Origin: Histomonas meleagridis 2922-C6/04-290x
Lineage: Eukaryota > Protista > Parabasalia
Assembly (NCBI GenBank): GCA_020184695.1
Contig: JAANOX010000236.1
Location: forward strand, 62,001-126,000
Length of the DNA: 64,000 nt
Reading direction: 5' to 3'
Positions 1 to 11,575 of the stretch are shown here, piece after piece. The position numbers and the translations under genes are program-made. Each line of letters opens with the position of its first letter. Position 1 is the stretch's first letter. The notes beneath the pieces were generated by a model, which saw only the letters and a list, made by a program, of their open reading frames with translations, made no database searches and was not told the origin of the DNA.

Positions 1-3000
1 CATTCCGAAATCATCGAGTTAGCCTTTTCAGAAGATCGAGAAATCAAACAATTAGCCATTAACAATATATCATATGAGTTACATCAATTACCTAATTCAC
101 ATCCAATTACATTTCAAGTATTATCAGACTCAGTTAAAGCCATCAACCAAAAGATCACATATCAACTTGAAGGCTCTATTTTAATTCTTAAGCATTTGTT
201 ATCATTTAATTCTCAAGTTCTTATACCGCATTTACAAAATCTTTCGAATAAATTATCAGAAATTGCATTACTTAATTCCAAAGAAATATCATTAGCAGCT
301 CAAACATTAATGATTGATATTGCTAAAGTTGATTCAACAAAAATTAGTCGTGCATCGATAAATCGATTATTTCAAAGTTTTATAACTAAATTTAATAAAA
401 ATGATTCATCGGAATTATTTTTTAATGAACAAAAACGCGCAATTAAAACATTTGGAAAACAAACTCCATTAAAGTTAATACTTGAAAATGTACAAAAAAC
501 AATTCAAACCAAAAATCGAAACTTAACAGAATTTGCATTTGATATTTTAAAGATAATATTTAAGTTATTTCCAGGCACAACGATTCCAACTAATTTATAT
601 ATAAATGCTCCAATTAATAAAAGTTATATTCAATGTTTAAAAATCCAAAATTGTATCACAACTGAAATTAAACAATATTTACGTAATATATTACAACATG
701 GCTTAAATAAAAATTCAAATGCTTATAGTATATCAATATCATTACAATTATCGAAAGCTTTTCCACTTGAATTATTTGACAATTATGAAAATATGTTCCA
801 AACATTAATACCATTAAAAGAACAATCAGAAGAAAAGATTCGTTGTGAATTAATGGAAACTATTTCTATTATACCATTAATAAAAGCGAAACAATTTTTA
901 ATAAACTCAGGAATTTATGATCCTGAGAAATCAGTGCGATTAAAAGCTTTAACATTATTAAAGCCTAGTCAAGAAATATCATTAAATTCGGAGCTTTTAT
1001 TAGCAATTAAAGATCCATCATTTAAAGTACGACGAACAGTATTAAAATTAATTGGCAAATTAATTGAATATAATCCTTATGATTATTCATATTCTATTAT
1101 TGAATATGTATCAATAATTATTTCATCGATTAGAAATTTATCAGATATGAAATTAATATCAAAATATTCATCATTATTACCAATTATAGTTAAATATTTT
1201 TGTAATTATATCGAACATTTAATCCCAAATATTATTGATACATGTTTAACATTATTATGTGGAGAAAATATTAATAATCAAATGGAAATCATTAATATCG
1301 ATAGTTATAAAGATCCAAATTCATTTTTATTTAATATTGAACAAAAATCAAAAATTGAACCTAAAAGAACACAAATATTTAAAATGATAATTTCGGAATA
1401 TTTAAATAATCGTGATATTTGTTTAATTAAAACTATTTCAAGTTTAGGGAATCGTATTTCATCATATTTAAATCGAGCATTAGATGCATTTGTACATATA
1501 TTTTCTACACGGAAAAGTAAAAAAGTATTAACAATAGCAATAAAAAGTTTATCAAATTTATCAACAAAAATTGATACAGGTATTAATTTAAGGTTATATA
1601 ATCAACAATTATTACCCATATTATTAAAATTACTTGTACAAAATCAAAATAATAAAGTATCAATTGCTATTATTAAATTATTTGGTACATCATTTGATTT
1701 TATAATTCAACCTGAAGATTCACAACAAATTCAAACAGATTGGGATGTAAATTCGAAGTCATTTTATACTGATTTTACTATTTCACATTTAATTCCATAT
1801 TTTAATAATCCTACAATACATTTATTTGAAGCTGTTACACGTATATATGATTTAGAATCAAAAGATTCCGCAAAATTTGTTAACTTAGTAATACCAATGT
1901 TTATTAAAGGTATTGATACATTTAGTGATCGATATCGTGATTCATTATTTTCAAGTTTAGAAGTTATTACACGTGAATGTCAAATAGAATCAACAGAATT
2001 CTTAAATGATATCACAAAGATACAATTAAAATATTTAAATCAATTAGGTTCTATTAAATTAGCGGCTTCTTTATCTTATCATTTATTAAGTAGTTATAAA
2101 GAAGGTGCTTCAATATTATATATACCATCAACTAAAAATATATTTAATCCAAATAATAATTATATTAAATATTTATTACAATTTTTGACTTATTCTATTT
2201 TATATCAAGATCAATCAATTGAAGCGTATTTATTAACAATTGAAAATAAAATTAAAAATAATTCTTCTCCTAGAATATATAAATATATAACAGATTCATT
2301 AATATGTTTAGTTCAAAACAAAGATTTAACTTCTTTTCAATCAAGACTATTATTTATATGTTATCAATTATTATTAAATGAACAATCGAAACAACAAATT
2401 ATACGATTTATTCCATCATTAATAAAATTTACTCAAATCCCTTTAACTAATATAAAGAATTGGGAAACTAAATTTAATATATCATTACCATTTTTATATC
2501 AAAATAATATAATTAAACCTAAAGTCCCTAAAATTAAATTATATCATCCAATAATACCATCTACGACATTAACGACACAAATATTTTCTGATTTAACTAT
2601 CCCAGATGAATTAACATTAGGTAAATGGTTAGATAACTTATGTCAAAAAGTTATAAATAATTCACCTTCAATGGTTATACGTTCATGTTCAAGTTTTGCT
2701 ACAACAATTACAGCATTTCGAGAAAAATTATTTCCTATAGCATTTTTAAGTTGTTGGCAACAAGTTACATTAGAAGAACGTACATATTTTTCACAAATAG
2801 TACAAAGTATTATTAATAACTTTCAACATATTGATCCATTTTTTATATCAATCATCGAATTATTAGATAGAGCTTCAATGCCATTATTAATTGATGACAT
2901 AGAATTAGCTAAAGCTTGTGGATCAGGTCCATTAACATTATATTTCTTACAAAGATTATTCATGAAGAATCCTAAAGATCCGCAAATCATTGAGAAATTA

Positions 3001-6000
3001 TTAGACTTAAATACTACTATGGGTCGACATGATGCAGCTCATGGTATATTAGTTCATGCTAAAGGTATTTTAGAAGATTCTAAAACAGCTCTTTGGTGTG
3101 AATTATTAAGTGAATGGGATAAAGCATTAAAACTTTATGGGAATAGTAATAAATATATTTCAAGTAAAATTCGATGTTATTCACATTTAGAAATGTGGGA
3201 TAAAATAATCGAATTAGAGAATTCTTATGAGAAATGGCCGAATTCACTTAAAGAAGAAAATGCAAAACATTTCGCTTGGGCTAATTATCATTTAGGTAAT
3301 TATACAAAAGTATTAAAATATATTTCAGAATTTCATTCTGATTTACATTTAAGTGAAATATTATTTTGTGCATTTTTCTCATTAAAAGTTGGTAAATATG
3401 AAGAATGTGAAGAATATTTAACAAAAGGATTTAAACTAATTACTAAAGATACAAGTGTATTCGTAAGTGATGATTCGATTCGATTAAATAAGAATTTACA
3501 TTATTCTCATGTATTTATTGAATTAAAAGAATCATTAAATATATTAAAAAAAGGTATTGATCATACACAAAACTTATTAACAGAAGTATGGAATAAAAGA
3601 TTAAAAGGTTTCCAACGTAATAGTCAATCATGGATACATTTAATAGCAATTAGATCATTAGTATTTACACCTGGCGAATATATTGGCGTTTATCTTAAAA
3701 TGATTTCAGTATTAAGGAAAGAAAGAAGATGGAACTTAATTGATTCGTATTTTAAAAGATTATTTTCTCAATCAATTTTACCTAATGTAGAATTAGCTCA
3801 AAGTAAAATACTTTGGGCAATTAATAAGAAAAATGAAGCAATTGATTTACTTCAATCTATACTTCAATTAATTAATTTACGGAAATCTTCAAATGAAATT
3901 GAATTTCATCAAAACTTATTAAAAGTTAATAAAAGTATATTTCCATTATTAATAAAAACATTAACAAAACAAGAAACATTTAATAAAGAAATTATTCAAA
4001 ACAATAATATAAATTTCGATAATTTAACATTAAAAGATTATAAAAAGTTATTAATTAATATTGATAATAAAAATTCAATTAAGAAATATTTTGATGAATT
4101 ATATAAAATCCCAAATTCACATTTAGAATCACGAATTTATTTAACATTAGGTCGTTATCGTTATAATCATGATGAACATACATCAAAGAATCTGAAAGAA
4201 ATTGCACAAATATATGAATTAGGTAAAGTTAGTAATCGAAATGAATATAAAATATGGTTAGGATGGGCATATACTAATTCAAGTTTAATTAATGTAATAC
4301 CTGAGAAAAGTGATATTTATAGTATTAATGCAATTAATGGATATCTTAAAGCTACACAATTACGTACATCGAATACATTAGAATATTTATGTCAATTATT
4401 TTCGATCTTTTTTAGGATGAAAGATAGTAATTATATTACGAACACATTAATTTCTGATTTAATTAAATTACCACCAAATATAATATGTCAAATCATACCA
4501 CAAATTACAGTACAAATTGCACATCCTGATATATATATTCGACAAGTTGTACATAAAATTTTATATAATTTTGGAAAAGAACATTTCCAAGCATTATTTT
4601 ATCCTTTACGTTTATATAAGTCATGTGATGATATTCAAAAAGTATCAATTGCAAAAGATTTGTTATTAAATATGGGTAAAAAACATTCGGAGATATCAAA
4701 CGACGCGGAATTATTTGTCGAAGGAATGTTACGATCAGCAATTTCATGGTTCGAAGAATGGATAGTAACATTAGATTGTTCATCACGTTTTTATAAGAAT
4801 GAAGAATATGATAAAATGGATGAACTATTAGAAAAACAATTTCGGAATTATGATTCACCGAAATGTGATTTCGATCGATTATTCATACGATTATATGATC
4901 CGATTATTCAACAATGTAAAGCACATTTTCGGACACATAAGAAATATTCATTACGAAAGATGTGGGATCAATTTAAACATTTATTTGGACTTTTAATTGA
5001 TCGAGTTAAGAAATTAGAATTAATATTATTACCGAAAGTATCTGAACAACTTGCAACAAAACGTAATTTTAAAATATCAATTCCTGGTACATATTCAGTC
5101 GAACATAAAGTTCCTACATTATATTCGATAGAACCTGCATTACAAGTATTAAGTACACAACAACATCCACGTTGTGTATATATGATCTCATCGATAAATG
5201 AAAAAGTTAAATTCTTATTAAAAGGTAATGAAGATATTCGATTAGATCAACGTGTAATGCAATTTTTCACGTTAATTAATTCATTATTAAAACATAATCG
5301 CACTACTAAAGAAGTTAATGGAATGCAAATCACAAAATATGCGATAATTCCATTAGCACCTAATGCTGGTTTAATAACTTGGGTAACTGGCGCTGATACA
5401 TTACATCAAATGATTAATGAACATCGGAATTTATATCATTGTTCACAATCGATTGAGTTAGAGATCATTATGGATATTGTTGGTAAATCGAATCAACAAT
5501 TAACTACATTACAAAAGTTAGAAACATTTAATTACATTAAAAAGAAATGTAAAGCTTATGAAATTCGAGAAATTTTATGGTTAAGATCCAAAAATTCATT
5601 TTTATGGATCAAGAAAAATCATAATTTCACAATTACAACTGCGTTAATATCTATGGTTGGTTACATTATAGGTTTAGGCGATCGACATCCATCGAATATA
5701 ATGGTGCAAAGAGAAACTGGAAAAGTTATACACATCGATTTCGGAGATTCTTTCGAGGCAGCTATACTTCGGAAAGTTTTCCCCGAGAAAGTACCATTTA
5801 GATTAACAAGAATGATAGTGAACGCTTTGGATAATGGTTCAGTCGAAGGAATATTTAGAAAGAATTGCGAAGATGTAATGTACGTGTTAAGAGAAAGCAA
5901 AGAATCAATCGTAGCTTTGTTGGAGATATTCGTACATGAACCAATAGAAGAGGCGGAAAGATTCGGAAAGGAAAAGTTGCAAACAATGATCATAGATAGA

Positions 6001-6159
6001 GTGGGAGAAAAGTTAAATGGTAACGACTGGATGCTCCCGGGCTACGACGAGAATAATATGGAGCTGAACGTGGAGGAACATGTGGATAAGCTAATACAAC
6101 AGGCAATGGACCCTTATAGATATGTGTCACATTACGCTGGTTGGTGCCCGTATTGGTAA
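1..6159 (+). CDS. TOR: Target of rapamycin (PIKK family) kinase; 5' end lies upstream of the window
   Basis: Frame is open from base 1. HEAT/FAT-like helical region, FRB-like segment (LRSAISWFEEW), kinase motifs KFLLKGNEDIRLDQRVMQ and GLGDRHPSNIM..HIDFGD, KVPFRLTRM, and C-terminal FATC ending HYAGWCPYW. Confidence 0.93.
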   Translation, partial: HSEIIELAFSEDREIKQLAINNISYELHQLPNSHPITFQVLSDSVKAINQKITYQLEGSILILKHLLSFNSQVLIPHLQNLSNKLSEIALLNSKEISLAAQTLMIDIAKVDSTKISRASINRLFQSFITKFNKNDSSELFFNEQKRAIKTFGKQTPLKLILENVQKTIQTKNRNLTEFAFDILKIIFKLFPGTTIPTNLYINAPINKSYIQCLKIQNCITTEIKQYLRNILQHGLNKNSNAYSISISLQLSKAFPLELFDNYENMFQTLIPLKEQSEEKIRCELMETISIIPLIKAKQFLINSGIYDPEKSVRLKALTLLKPSQEISLNSELLLAIKDPSFKVRRTVLKLIGKLIEYNPYDYSYSIIEYVSIIISSIRNLSDMKLISKYSSLLPIIVKYFCNYIEHLIPNIIDTCLTLLCGENINNQMEIINIDSYKDPNSFLFNIEQKSKIEPKRTQIFKMIISEYLNNRDICLIKTISSLGNRISSYLNRALDAFVHIFSTRKSKKVLTIAIKSLSNLSTKIDTGINLRLYNQQLLPILLKLLVQNQNNKVSIAIIKLFGTSFDFIIQPEDSQQIQTDWDVNSKSFYTDFTISHLIPYFNNPTIHLFEAVTRIYDLESKDSAKFVNLVIPMFIKGIDTFSDRYRDSLFSSLEVITRECQIESTEFLNDITKIQLKYLNQLGSIKLAASLSYHLLSSYKEGASILYIPSTKNIFNPNNNYIKYLLQFLTYSILYQDQSIEAYLLTIENKIKNNSSPRIYKYITDSLICLVQNKDLTSFQSRLLFICYQLLLNEQSKQQIIRFIPSLIKFTQIPLTNIKNWETKFNISLPFLYQNNIIKPKVPKIKLYHPIIPSTTLTTQIFSDLTIPDELTLGKWLDNLCQKVINNSPSMVIRSCSSFATTITAFREKLFPIAFLSCWQQVTLEERTYFSQIVQSIINNFQHIDPFFISIIELLDRASMPLLIDDIELAKACGSGPLTLYFLQRLFMKNPKDPQIIEKLLDLNTTMGRHDAAHGILVHAKGILEDSKTALWCELLSEWDKALKLYGNSNKYISSKIRCYSHLEMWDKIIELENSYEKWPNSLKEENAKHFAWANYHLGNYTKVLKYISEFHSDLHLSEILFCAFFSLKVGKYEECEEYLTKGFKLITKDTSVFVSDDSIRLNKNLHYSHVFIELKESLNILKKGIDHTQNLLTEVWNKRLKGFQRNSQSWIHLIAIRSLVFTPGEYIGVYLKMISVLRKERRWNLIDSYFKRLFSQSILPNVELAQSKILWAINKKNEAIDLLQSILQLINLRKSSNEIEFHQNLLKVNKSIFPLLIKTLTKQETFNKEIIQNNNINFDNLTLKDYKKLLINIDNKNSIKKYFDELYKIPNSHLESRIYLTLGRYRYNHDEHTSKNLKEIAQIYELGKVSNRNEYKIWLGWAYTNSSLINVIPEKSDIYSINAINGYLKATQLRTSNTLEYLCQLFSIFFRMKDSNYITNTLISDLIKLPPNIICQIIPQITVQIAHPDIYIRQVVHKILYNFGKEHFQALFYPLRLYKSCDDIQKVSIAKDLLLNMGKKHSEISNDAELFVEGMLRSAISWFEEWIVTLDCSSRFYKNEEYDKMDELLEKQFRNYDSPKCDFDRLFIRLYDPIIQQCKAHFRTHKKYSLRKMWDQFKHLFGLLIDRVKKLELILLPKVSEQLATKRNFKISIPGTYSVEHKVPTLYSIEPALQVLSTQQHPRCVYMISSINEKVKFLLKGNEDIRLDQRVMQFFTLINSLLKHNRTTKEVNGMQITKYAIIPLAPNAGLITWVTGADTLHQMINEHRNLYHCSQSIELEIIMDIVGKSNQQLTTLQKLETFNYIKKKCKAYEIREILWLRSKNSFLWIKKNHNFTITTALISMVGYIIGLGDRHPSNIMVQRETGKVIHIDFGDSFEAAILRKVFPEKVPFRLTRMIVNALDNGSVEGIFRKNCEDVMYVLRESKESIVALLEIFVHEPIEEAERFGKEKLQTMIIDRVGEKLNGNDWMLPGYDENNMELNVEEHVDKLIQQAMDPYRYVSHYAGWCPYW

Positions 6160-6351
6160 TTATTGTTAAAAATAGAGTTTTATACTTTTTTTATTTAAAT
6201 AAATTAATTATTTGTGAAAAATTAATGAGTACAAATATTTGTTTCTTATCATTTAATTTTTCGTGAAAAATCAAACCAAAAGTTCATAAGGTTTAAAGAA
6301 TGTATTAAAATGATTAAAAAAAAAGTTTCAGTGATTTCTTTGTTTTTTTAA

Positions 6352-6573
6352 TATAAATTTTATGTTCAGGATTATGGGAGAACAGCTTTATTCGGATGCA
6401 ATAACTTTGAAAGCTGTAGCGCATGTTACTCAATTAAAAAGGGAATTGATGTTAAATTCAAGGATAAAAACAGAAATACTGCACTTAAAGAATATACTTA
6501 TTATGCAACTGCAAAGATATTAACAGAAGCAGTCATTGAGTATCAACAAAAACACCCTAACTTTACCTGTTAA
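6352..6573 (+). pseudogene. Degenerate ankyrin-repeat remnant without a start codon
   Basis: Read manually: DYGRTALFGCNNF...KKGIDVKFKDKNRNTALKEY...*. Two TAL motifs; in-frame TAA at 6349 and no ATG. Confidence 0.55.
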
Positions 6574-6881
6574 ATTAAATTTTCAAAAACCAAAAATATA
6601 TTTTGTTCATTATTTAATAAAGAAATAGAAATGGATTTCCTCTGTAAAACAAAACATTATTTTTCTTCAAATATTTCCAAAACTGGTTGAATCAACTTTT
6701 TGAATAATTTATTCATTTAAGTAATGATCATTTTGCATTCAATTTTAGAGTTGTCTCGAAGCAATTTGACAAATAACCAAGGACAACTTTTTCTCTTTAA
6801 TAACCGCCAATTTTTGCCACCTTTACTTGTCCATTTTTTACGGCTTGTTTCACTTTTTGCATTAAACCTCCACACAGCAAA

Positions 6882-8138
6882 ATGTCGATTGACACACCTG
6901 TTATCATCGATGTTGGTACTGGCTATACCAAAATGGGCTACTCAACCAACAACCGACCTGACTACATCATCCCTACTTTGATTGGAAACAGAGATCTTAA
7001 GAATGTTTCCCAAGCACAAATGACAGGAACTGAAGATCTTGATTTCTATATTGGTTATGAAGCTATCCAAAACCAAACATTATACCCCAACACCAACATC
7101 ATGAAGCATGGTCAAATCGAAGATTGGGATAAAATTGAACAATTGTGGGAACAATGTCTATTCAAATATCTTCGTTGCGAACCCGAAGATCACCCCGTTC
7201 TCCTTACTGAGCCACCACTCAACTCTCCTGATAATCGTGAATACACTGCTGAAATTATGTTTGAAACATTCAATGTTCCATACCTTTATATTGGTATGCA
7301 AGCTATGTTAGCCATTGCTGCTTCTTGGACCAAAGAAGGTCAACGTTCATCCACTGGATGTGTTGTTGATTCTGGAGATGGTGTTACCCATATCATTCCA
7401 GTAGTTGAAGGTTATCCAATTTCCAATGCTATTCAACACGTTCCTGTTGCCGGTCGTGAAATGACTCTTTTCATTGCCGATTTATTAAAAGATCGTGAAC
7501 CACAAGTTCCACCTGAAGATCGTTTCAATGCAGCTCGTGACATCAAAGAACGTTTCTGCAAAGTATCCAAACATCCAAGTGTCACATTTGCCATGTTTGA
7601 TAAGAATCGTTCCAAGTACATCGAAAAGTATCGTGGCGTTTCATCTAAGACTGGTAAGCCATTTGAATGTGAAGTCGGCTACGAACGTTTCCTTGCACCC
7701 GAAGTTTGGTTCTCACCCGAACTCGTCAGCAGTGAATATACCACTCCAATTTCAGTGCTTATTGATCGTGCCATTCAATTATCACCGATCACTAACCGTA
7801 TGCAACTTTACAACAACATTGTTTTGTCTGGTGGTTCAACAACATTTAAAGGACTCGCTGGAAGGTTACAAGGTGACATCCAAGTGTTAGTTGATGAAAG
7901 ATTAAGAGAAAACGCTGAAAGAGAATCAAAGAGAATCAATAGGAAGATTGAAGCCGGTAAAGTACCCGTTAGAATTGTCGAGCATAGAAGACAACAATAC
8001 GCTGTATGGTACGGTGGCGCTATGTTGGCACAAGGTGGAAAGGCGTTCTTGAATAAGTGCCATACTAAAATGCAATATGATGAGGTGGGACCATCAATTG
8101 CCAGAGCAAGTGCAATGTTCGGCGAAAGCGCTGTGTAA
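6882..8138 (+). CDS. ARP3: Actin-related protein 3 (Arp2/3 complex)
   Basis: Actin fold motifs IIDVGTGYTKMG, LLTEPPLNSPDNREYTAEIMFETFNVP, VVDSGDGVTH, RFLAPE, VLSGGSTTF, QYAVWYGG, with Arp3-type inserts. Confidence 0.92.
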   Translation: MSIDTPVIIDVGTGYTKMGYSTNNRPDYIIPTLIGNRDLKNVSQAQMTGTEDLDFYIGYEAIQNQTLYPNTNIMKHGQIEDWDKIEQLWEQCLFKYLRCEPEDHPVLLTEPPLNSPDNREYTAEIMFETFNVPYLYIGMQAMLAIAASWTKEGQRSSTGCVVDSGDGVTHIIPVVEGYPISNAIQHVPVAGREMTLFIADLLKDREPQVPPEDRFNAARDIKERFCKVSKHPSVTFAMFDKNRSKYIEKYRGVSSKTGKPFECEVGYERFLAPEVWFSPELVSSEYTTPISVLIDRAIQLSPITNRMQLYNNIVLSGGSTTFKGLAGRLQGDIQVLVDERLRENAERESKRINRKIEAGKVPVRIVEHRRQQYAVWYGGAMLAQGGKAFLNKCHTKMQYDEVGPSIARASAMFGESAV

Positions 8139-8381
8139 AGTCATTAAACAGGTTTCCTATGATTTTTTTTAAAAAAATTTTGGTGAATCACAACATTAGA
8201 AGAAACTGTTTGGTTATGGTTTATGATATCGTGTAATCTATTGGTAATATCAAATGATTTAATGAAACATTTTTGGTAGTGAGCATTGTGAAATGTGTTT
8301 TATCATTTGTTGATTTGGTTGCAAAACTGATAAACGGTCTTTAGTCAGGCGAGCACGTTAAATAAGTAAACATTTAGTTTC

Positions 8382-9047
8382 ATGAAGAACAATCCAAACT
8401 TCCAAAATATGAGATATCAACCAAATGCTATTCCAATTTATCCAACTTATATTTTCTTCCAGCAACCAATGGGTCCAAAACCTGGTATGATTCCACAACC
8501 TTTCTTACAAAATGTTAATCAAGCTAGACCAAATTATGTACCTCAACAGCCTAATCCAAATCCACAACAGGTGCAAAAGGTGAATAATATTTCCCCATAT
8601 CCACAACAGGTGCAAAAGGTGAATAATATTCCCCCAAATCCACAACAGGTGCAAAAGGTGAATAATATTTCCCCAAATCCACAACCAATACCACAAAGAG
8701 TTGCATCACCAATAAAACAAACGAAACTACATTATACACCAGAAAACATACCAAAAAGCACCTCAATCACTTTTGGAGATGAGATTACCATACAAAAACC
8801 TGAGGCTGAACTTTTACTATTTCCATTTAATTTCGAAAAACCTTTAACTATTGCTGATTCAATCAATGCTTTTAAGCAGAAGGTTCATTTTAATGATAGC
8901 TGCATGATTAATGCAGATAAATCACAAAGCAATGAAAAAATTTCTCATTTTAGTAATTATTTTCAGATCCAAAGAGACTACCACAAAATGGATGAATTCA
9001 AGAATGACGTTGCTATGGCGTGTGATCTAATTGATAGCGAAAATTAA
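8382..9047 (+). CDS. Hypothetical Gln/Pro-rich protein
   Basis: 221-aa ORF with low-complexity N-terminal half; no recognisable domain. Confidence 0.65.
   Translation: MKNNPNFQNMRYQPNAIPIYPTYIFFQQPMGPKPGMIPQPFLQNVNQARPNYVPQQPNPNPQQVQKVNNISPYPQQVQKVNNIPPNPQQVQKVNNISPNPQPIPQRVASPIKQTKLHYTPENIPKSTSITFGDEITIQKPEAELLLFPFNFEKPLTIADSINAFKQKVHFNDSCMINADKSQSNEKISHFSNYFQIQRDYHKMDEFKNDVAMACDLIDSEN
8562..8684 (+). repeat. 39-bp coding tandem repeat, about 3 copies (PQQVQKVNNISPx)
   Basis: CCACAACAGGTGCAAAAGGTGAATAATATT starts at 8562, 8601 and 8640. Confidence 0.9.
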
Positions 9048-9547
9048 TATTTTTGGAATCCAAATTTGTGTGTATTTAAAATTTTAAATGACCTCATAGA
9101 ATATTTTGAATGAATATCACAAAAGTTGCGTCGCATATTAAATACCCTTGTTAATGTATGAACTATTTTTTTTTATGTAGATACATAAGATGAGATTTTA
9201 TAAATGTATAGTTCCTGTTTTAATTAAAAAATATTATTTTTGGCATACAGCTTTTGCCTGTTATTTGATTTGTAACAGAAATAAATATTTTTTGTCAAAT
9301 AAAATTTTAATTAATTTTGTAAAGAGAAAAAACACAAACATTGAAATGAAGCTCTTTACTCAGTGTTTGTCTTTAAATCATTACAAGCAATAAATAATGT
9401 ATTTTCTCAGCAAAACCTGTTTTTTTGCTACAATTTACCGTTCAAATCATATTCAAAATATTGTATGAGATGTATCAATCCCTTTTTTGACAAAATTCAA
9501 TTGAATTACAAATTAAACCGCCGCAATTGTTTTGCAACGATATTCTA

Positions 9548-11575
9548 ATGGGTGAATCCGATGAGCAGATATCAGAAATACTAACTAGCATTGAACAAGC
9601 AGATTTTTCAATTGCTCCTTGGATAGAACCTAATTTTTGGGCAAATATAAAAAATGACGAATTTGCACTTCAATACATCACACTTCTTCTTAAAACCATA
9701 GTAAATAAGCTCACTGCTAACGAGAACAATAACGACACCAAAGATTGTTTTAAATTTCTATTAACAATAATACATGTAGCGTTATCATACCGAAAATCAA
9801 TTAGTCAAATTCCCAATTTGCTTGATTTAACCCGAAAGATAGGTTCATTTGATTTGCCAAACTGCAAGTTTTTTTCTGTTTTTATTGCAAATTCATATTC
9901 TTCAGACTCAGTCAGAAATCTTCTTGATCTTATAGTTGACACTCAGAACATAAGTGTATTTGGTGAAGCTGTATCTTTGTTTAGCTTTCATAGTTTTCTT
10001 CTCAGTGCTAATACAAATACTGAAATAGGTTCTCAATTTATTGATTGTGTCAATGAGAAACTCCAATGTGAAATATCCATAAATTCTTCACAAGTTTTAG
10101 TCCATATCATACACTTTTATCTAACATTTTTCCCATGTCCAAATGATCAACTTAGCAAAATCCTTGATTCATTCAACTTTTTCTATTCCAAACCATTCTC
10201 CATCTCACACCGTGCCTCGCTCATGCAGAAACACATTGCCAAACTTCTCAAATATCCACGTTATCTTTATTTACAAATGTTATCCGACTTCTCCCACACA
10301 AATGAAGCCTTTGATACTAAAGTCCATCTGATTTTCCCAGCTTCCACCAATTATTTACCCAATTTACTTTATTTGGATTATCCCTCAAATTCCACATTTC
10401 AAAAATCACTTCTCGATTTTGCTCGTACCTTCATTACCACCTATTACAAAGTTCCAGCGCCTGATGTTCCCACCTTAATATCATTTCTTCAAAGTCTTAA
10501 ACTTGATGAAAAACGACTTTCGCAATTATCCGAACAATTTTCATTTACTCCAAACCCAGATTTTTCTGCGCCAACAGATACATCACGACTTCTCCTCCCA
10601 ACGTACAAACTCGTTCCCATTCGACTCTCGTTCAACTTCACTGCGACACCGGATTTAAACGTCCCCTTCCTTAACGGCCTCTACTTTTTCACTAGTACTT
10701 CTGACATGATCTTATCCAACAGTATTTTCAAGCAATTATCCACCTATTTAACAAGTATATCTGATGATTTATTTTATGAACAAAAGCTTGTAATTATTGG
10801 TGATGATTATGTATTATCGAAGTTTATTCTCTCATTAATCTCATTAATACAACAAACACCAATCCTTAACAACGCATCATATACAATATTCTTTATCCCT
10901 GATAAGCCATCACGTATCGCAGACTTCATTTCAAAAAAGGATGAAGTCTATAAACGATTTATATCTCAATTATTTAATCTCATATCGAACCTTTTACCAA
11001 CATTTAATGAAATGTCAAACACGACATTTCCTATTTTAGAACATACTGATCATCTTAACTATGAGAACAATTTATGGTTTAATGATCCTACTCCATCACA
11101 TATGTTACAATTTGGGATTCAACATTATTTACATTTTGCAAAAGAAATATGTAACATAAACATATGGCAATGTAACTTAAAATATGATGAAAAATGTATC
11201 GTTGTACCATTTATCACTTACGCAACAATATTATTAGCGAAGAAACAATATCAAATATATTACATAGGCGTCGGTACTGAGGATGGATCGTTCGTATGTG
11301 AGAAGCAACAAGAGTTAACTATTTGGTCAGCAAATAATAGTTTGAACGCGAACCCAAATGACCCTTGGCTGGTGACTACAATACAAACAAGATCAAGCAC
11401 AAAGACTGTGATGGTGACAATGCTGAGAGTAATGAACACTAAAAAATCACCATTCGAAATGGAAATAGATGGAACTAAGTATGGGCCTGTAAACGAAATT
11501 ACAATTTCGGAGTTCCCGTGCTTCCCGCAGAGCCCAAACACAAAGCCGCTGCTGAGAATAGCAACGTTCTCATAG
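9548..11575 (+). CDS. Hypothetical protein, possibly PI3K regulatory p101/p84 (PIK3R5/6)-like
   Basis: Long ORF (first ATG 9548). Segments KLVIIGDDYVLSKF...IFFIP, IADFISKKDEVY and HYLHFAKEICNINIWQCNL resemble, from memory, the conserved p101/p84 blocks. Confidence 0.45.
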   Translation: MGESDEQISEILTSIEQADFSIAPWIEPNFWANIKNDEFALQYITLLLKTIVNKLTANENNNDTKDCFKFLLTIIHVALSYRKSISQIPNLLDLTRKIGSFDLPNCKFFSVFIANSYSSDSVRNLLDLIVDTQNISVFGEAVSLFSFHSFLLSANTNTEIGSQFIDCVNEKLQCEISINSSQVLVHIIHFYLTFFPCPNDQLSKILDSFNFFYSKPFSISHRASLMQKHIAKLLKYPRYLYLQMLSDFSHTNEAFDTKVHLIFPASTNYLPNLLYLDYPSNSTFQKSLLDFARTFITTYYKVPAPDVPTLISFLQSLKLDEKRLSQLSEQFSFTPNPDFSAPTDTSRLLLPTYKLVPIRLSFNFTATPDLNVPFLNGLYFFTSTSDMILSNSIFKQLSTYLTSISDDLFYEQKLVIIGDDYVLSKFILSLISLIQQTPILNNASYTIFFIPDKPSRIADFISKKDEVYKRFISQLFNLISNLLPTFNEMSNTTFPILEHTDHLNYENNLWFNDPTPSHMLQFGIQHYLHFAKEICNINIWQCNLKYDEKCIVVPFITYATILLAKKQYQIYYIGVGTEDGSFVCEKQQELTIWSANNSLNANPNDPWLVTTIQTRSSTKTVMVTMLRVMNTKKSPFEMEIDGTKYGPVNEITISEFPCFPQSPNTKPLLRIATFS

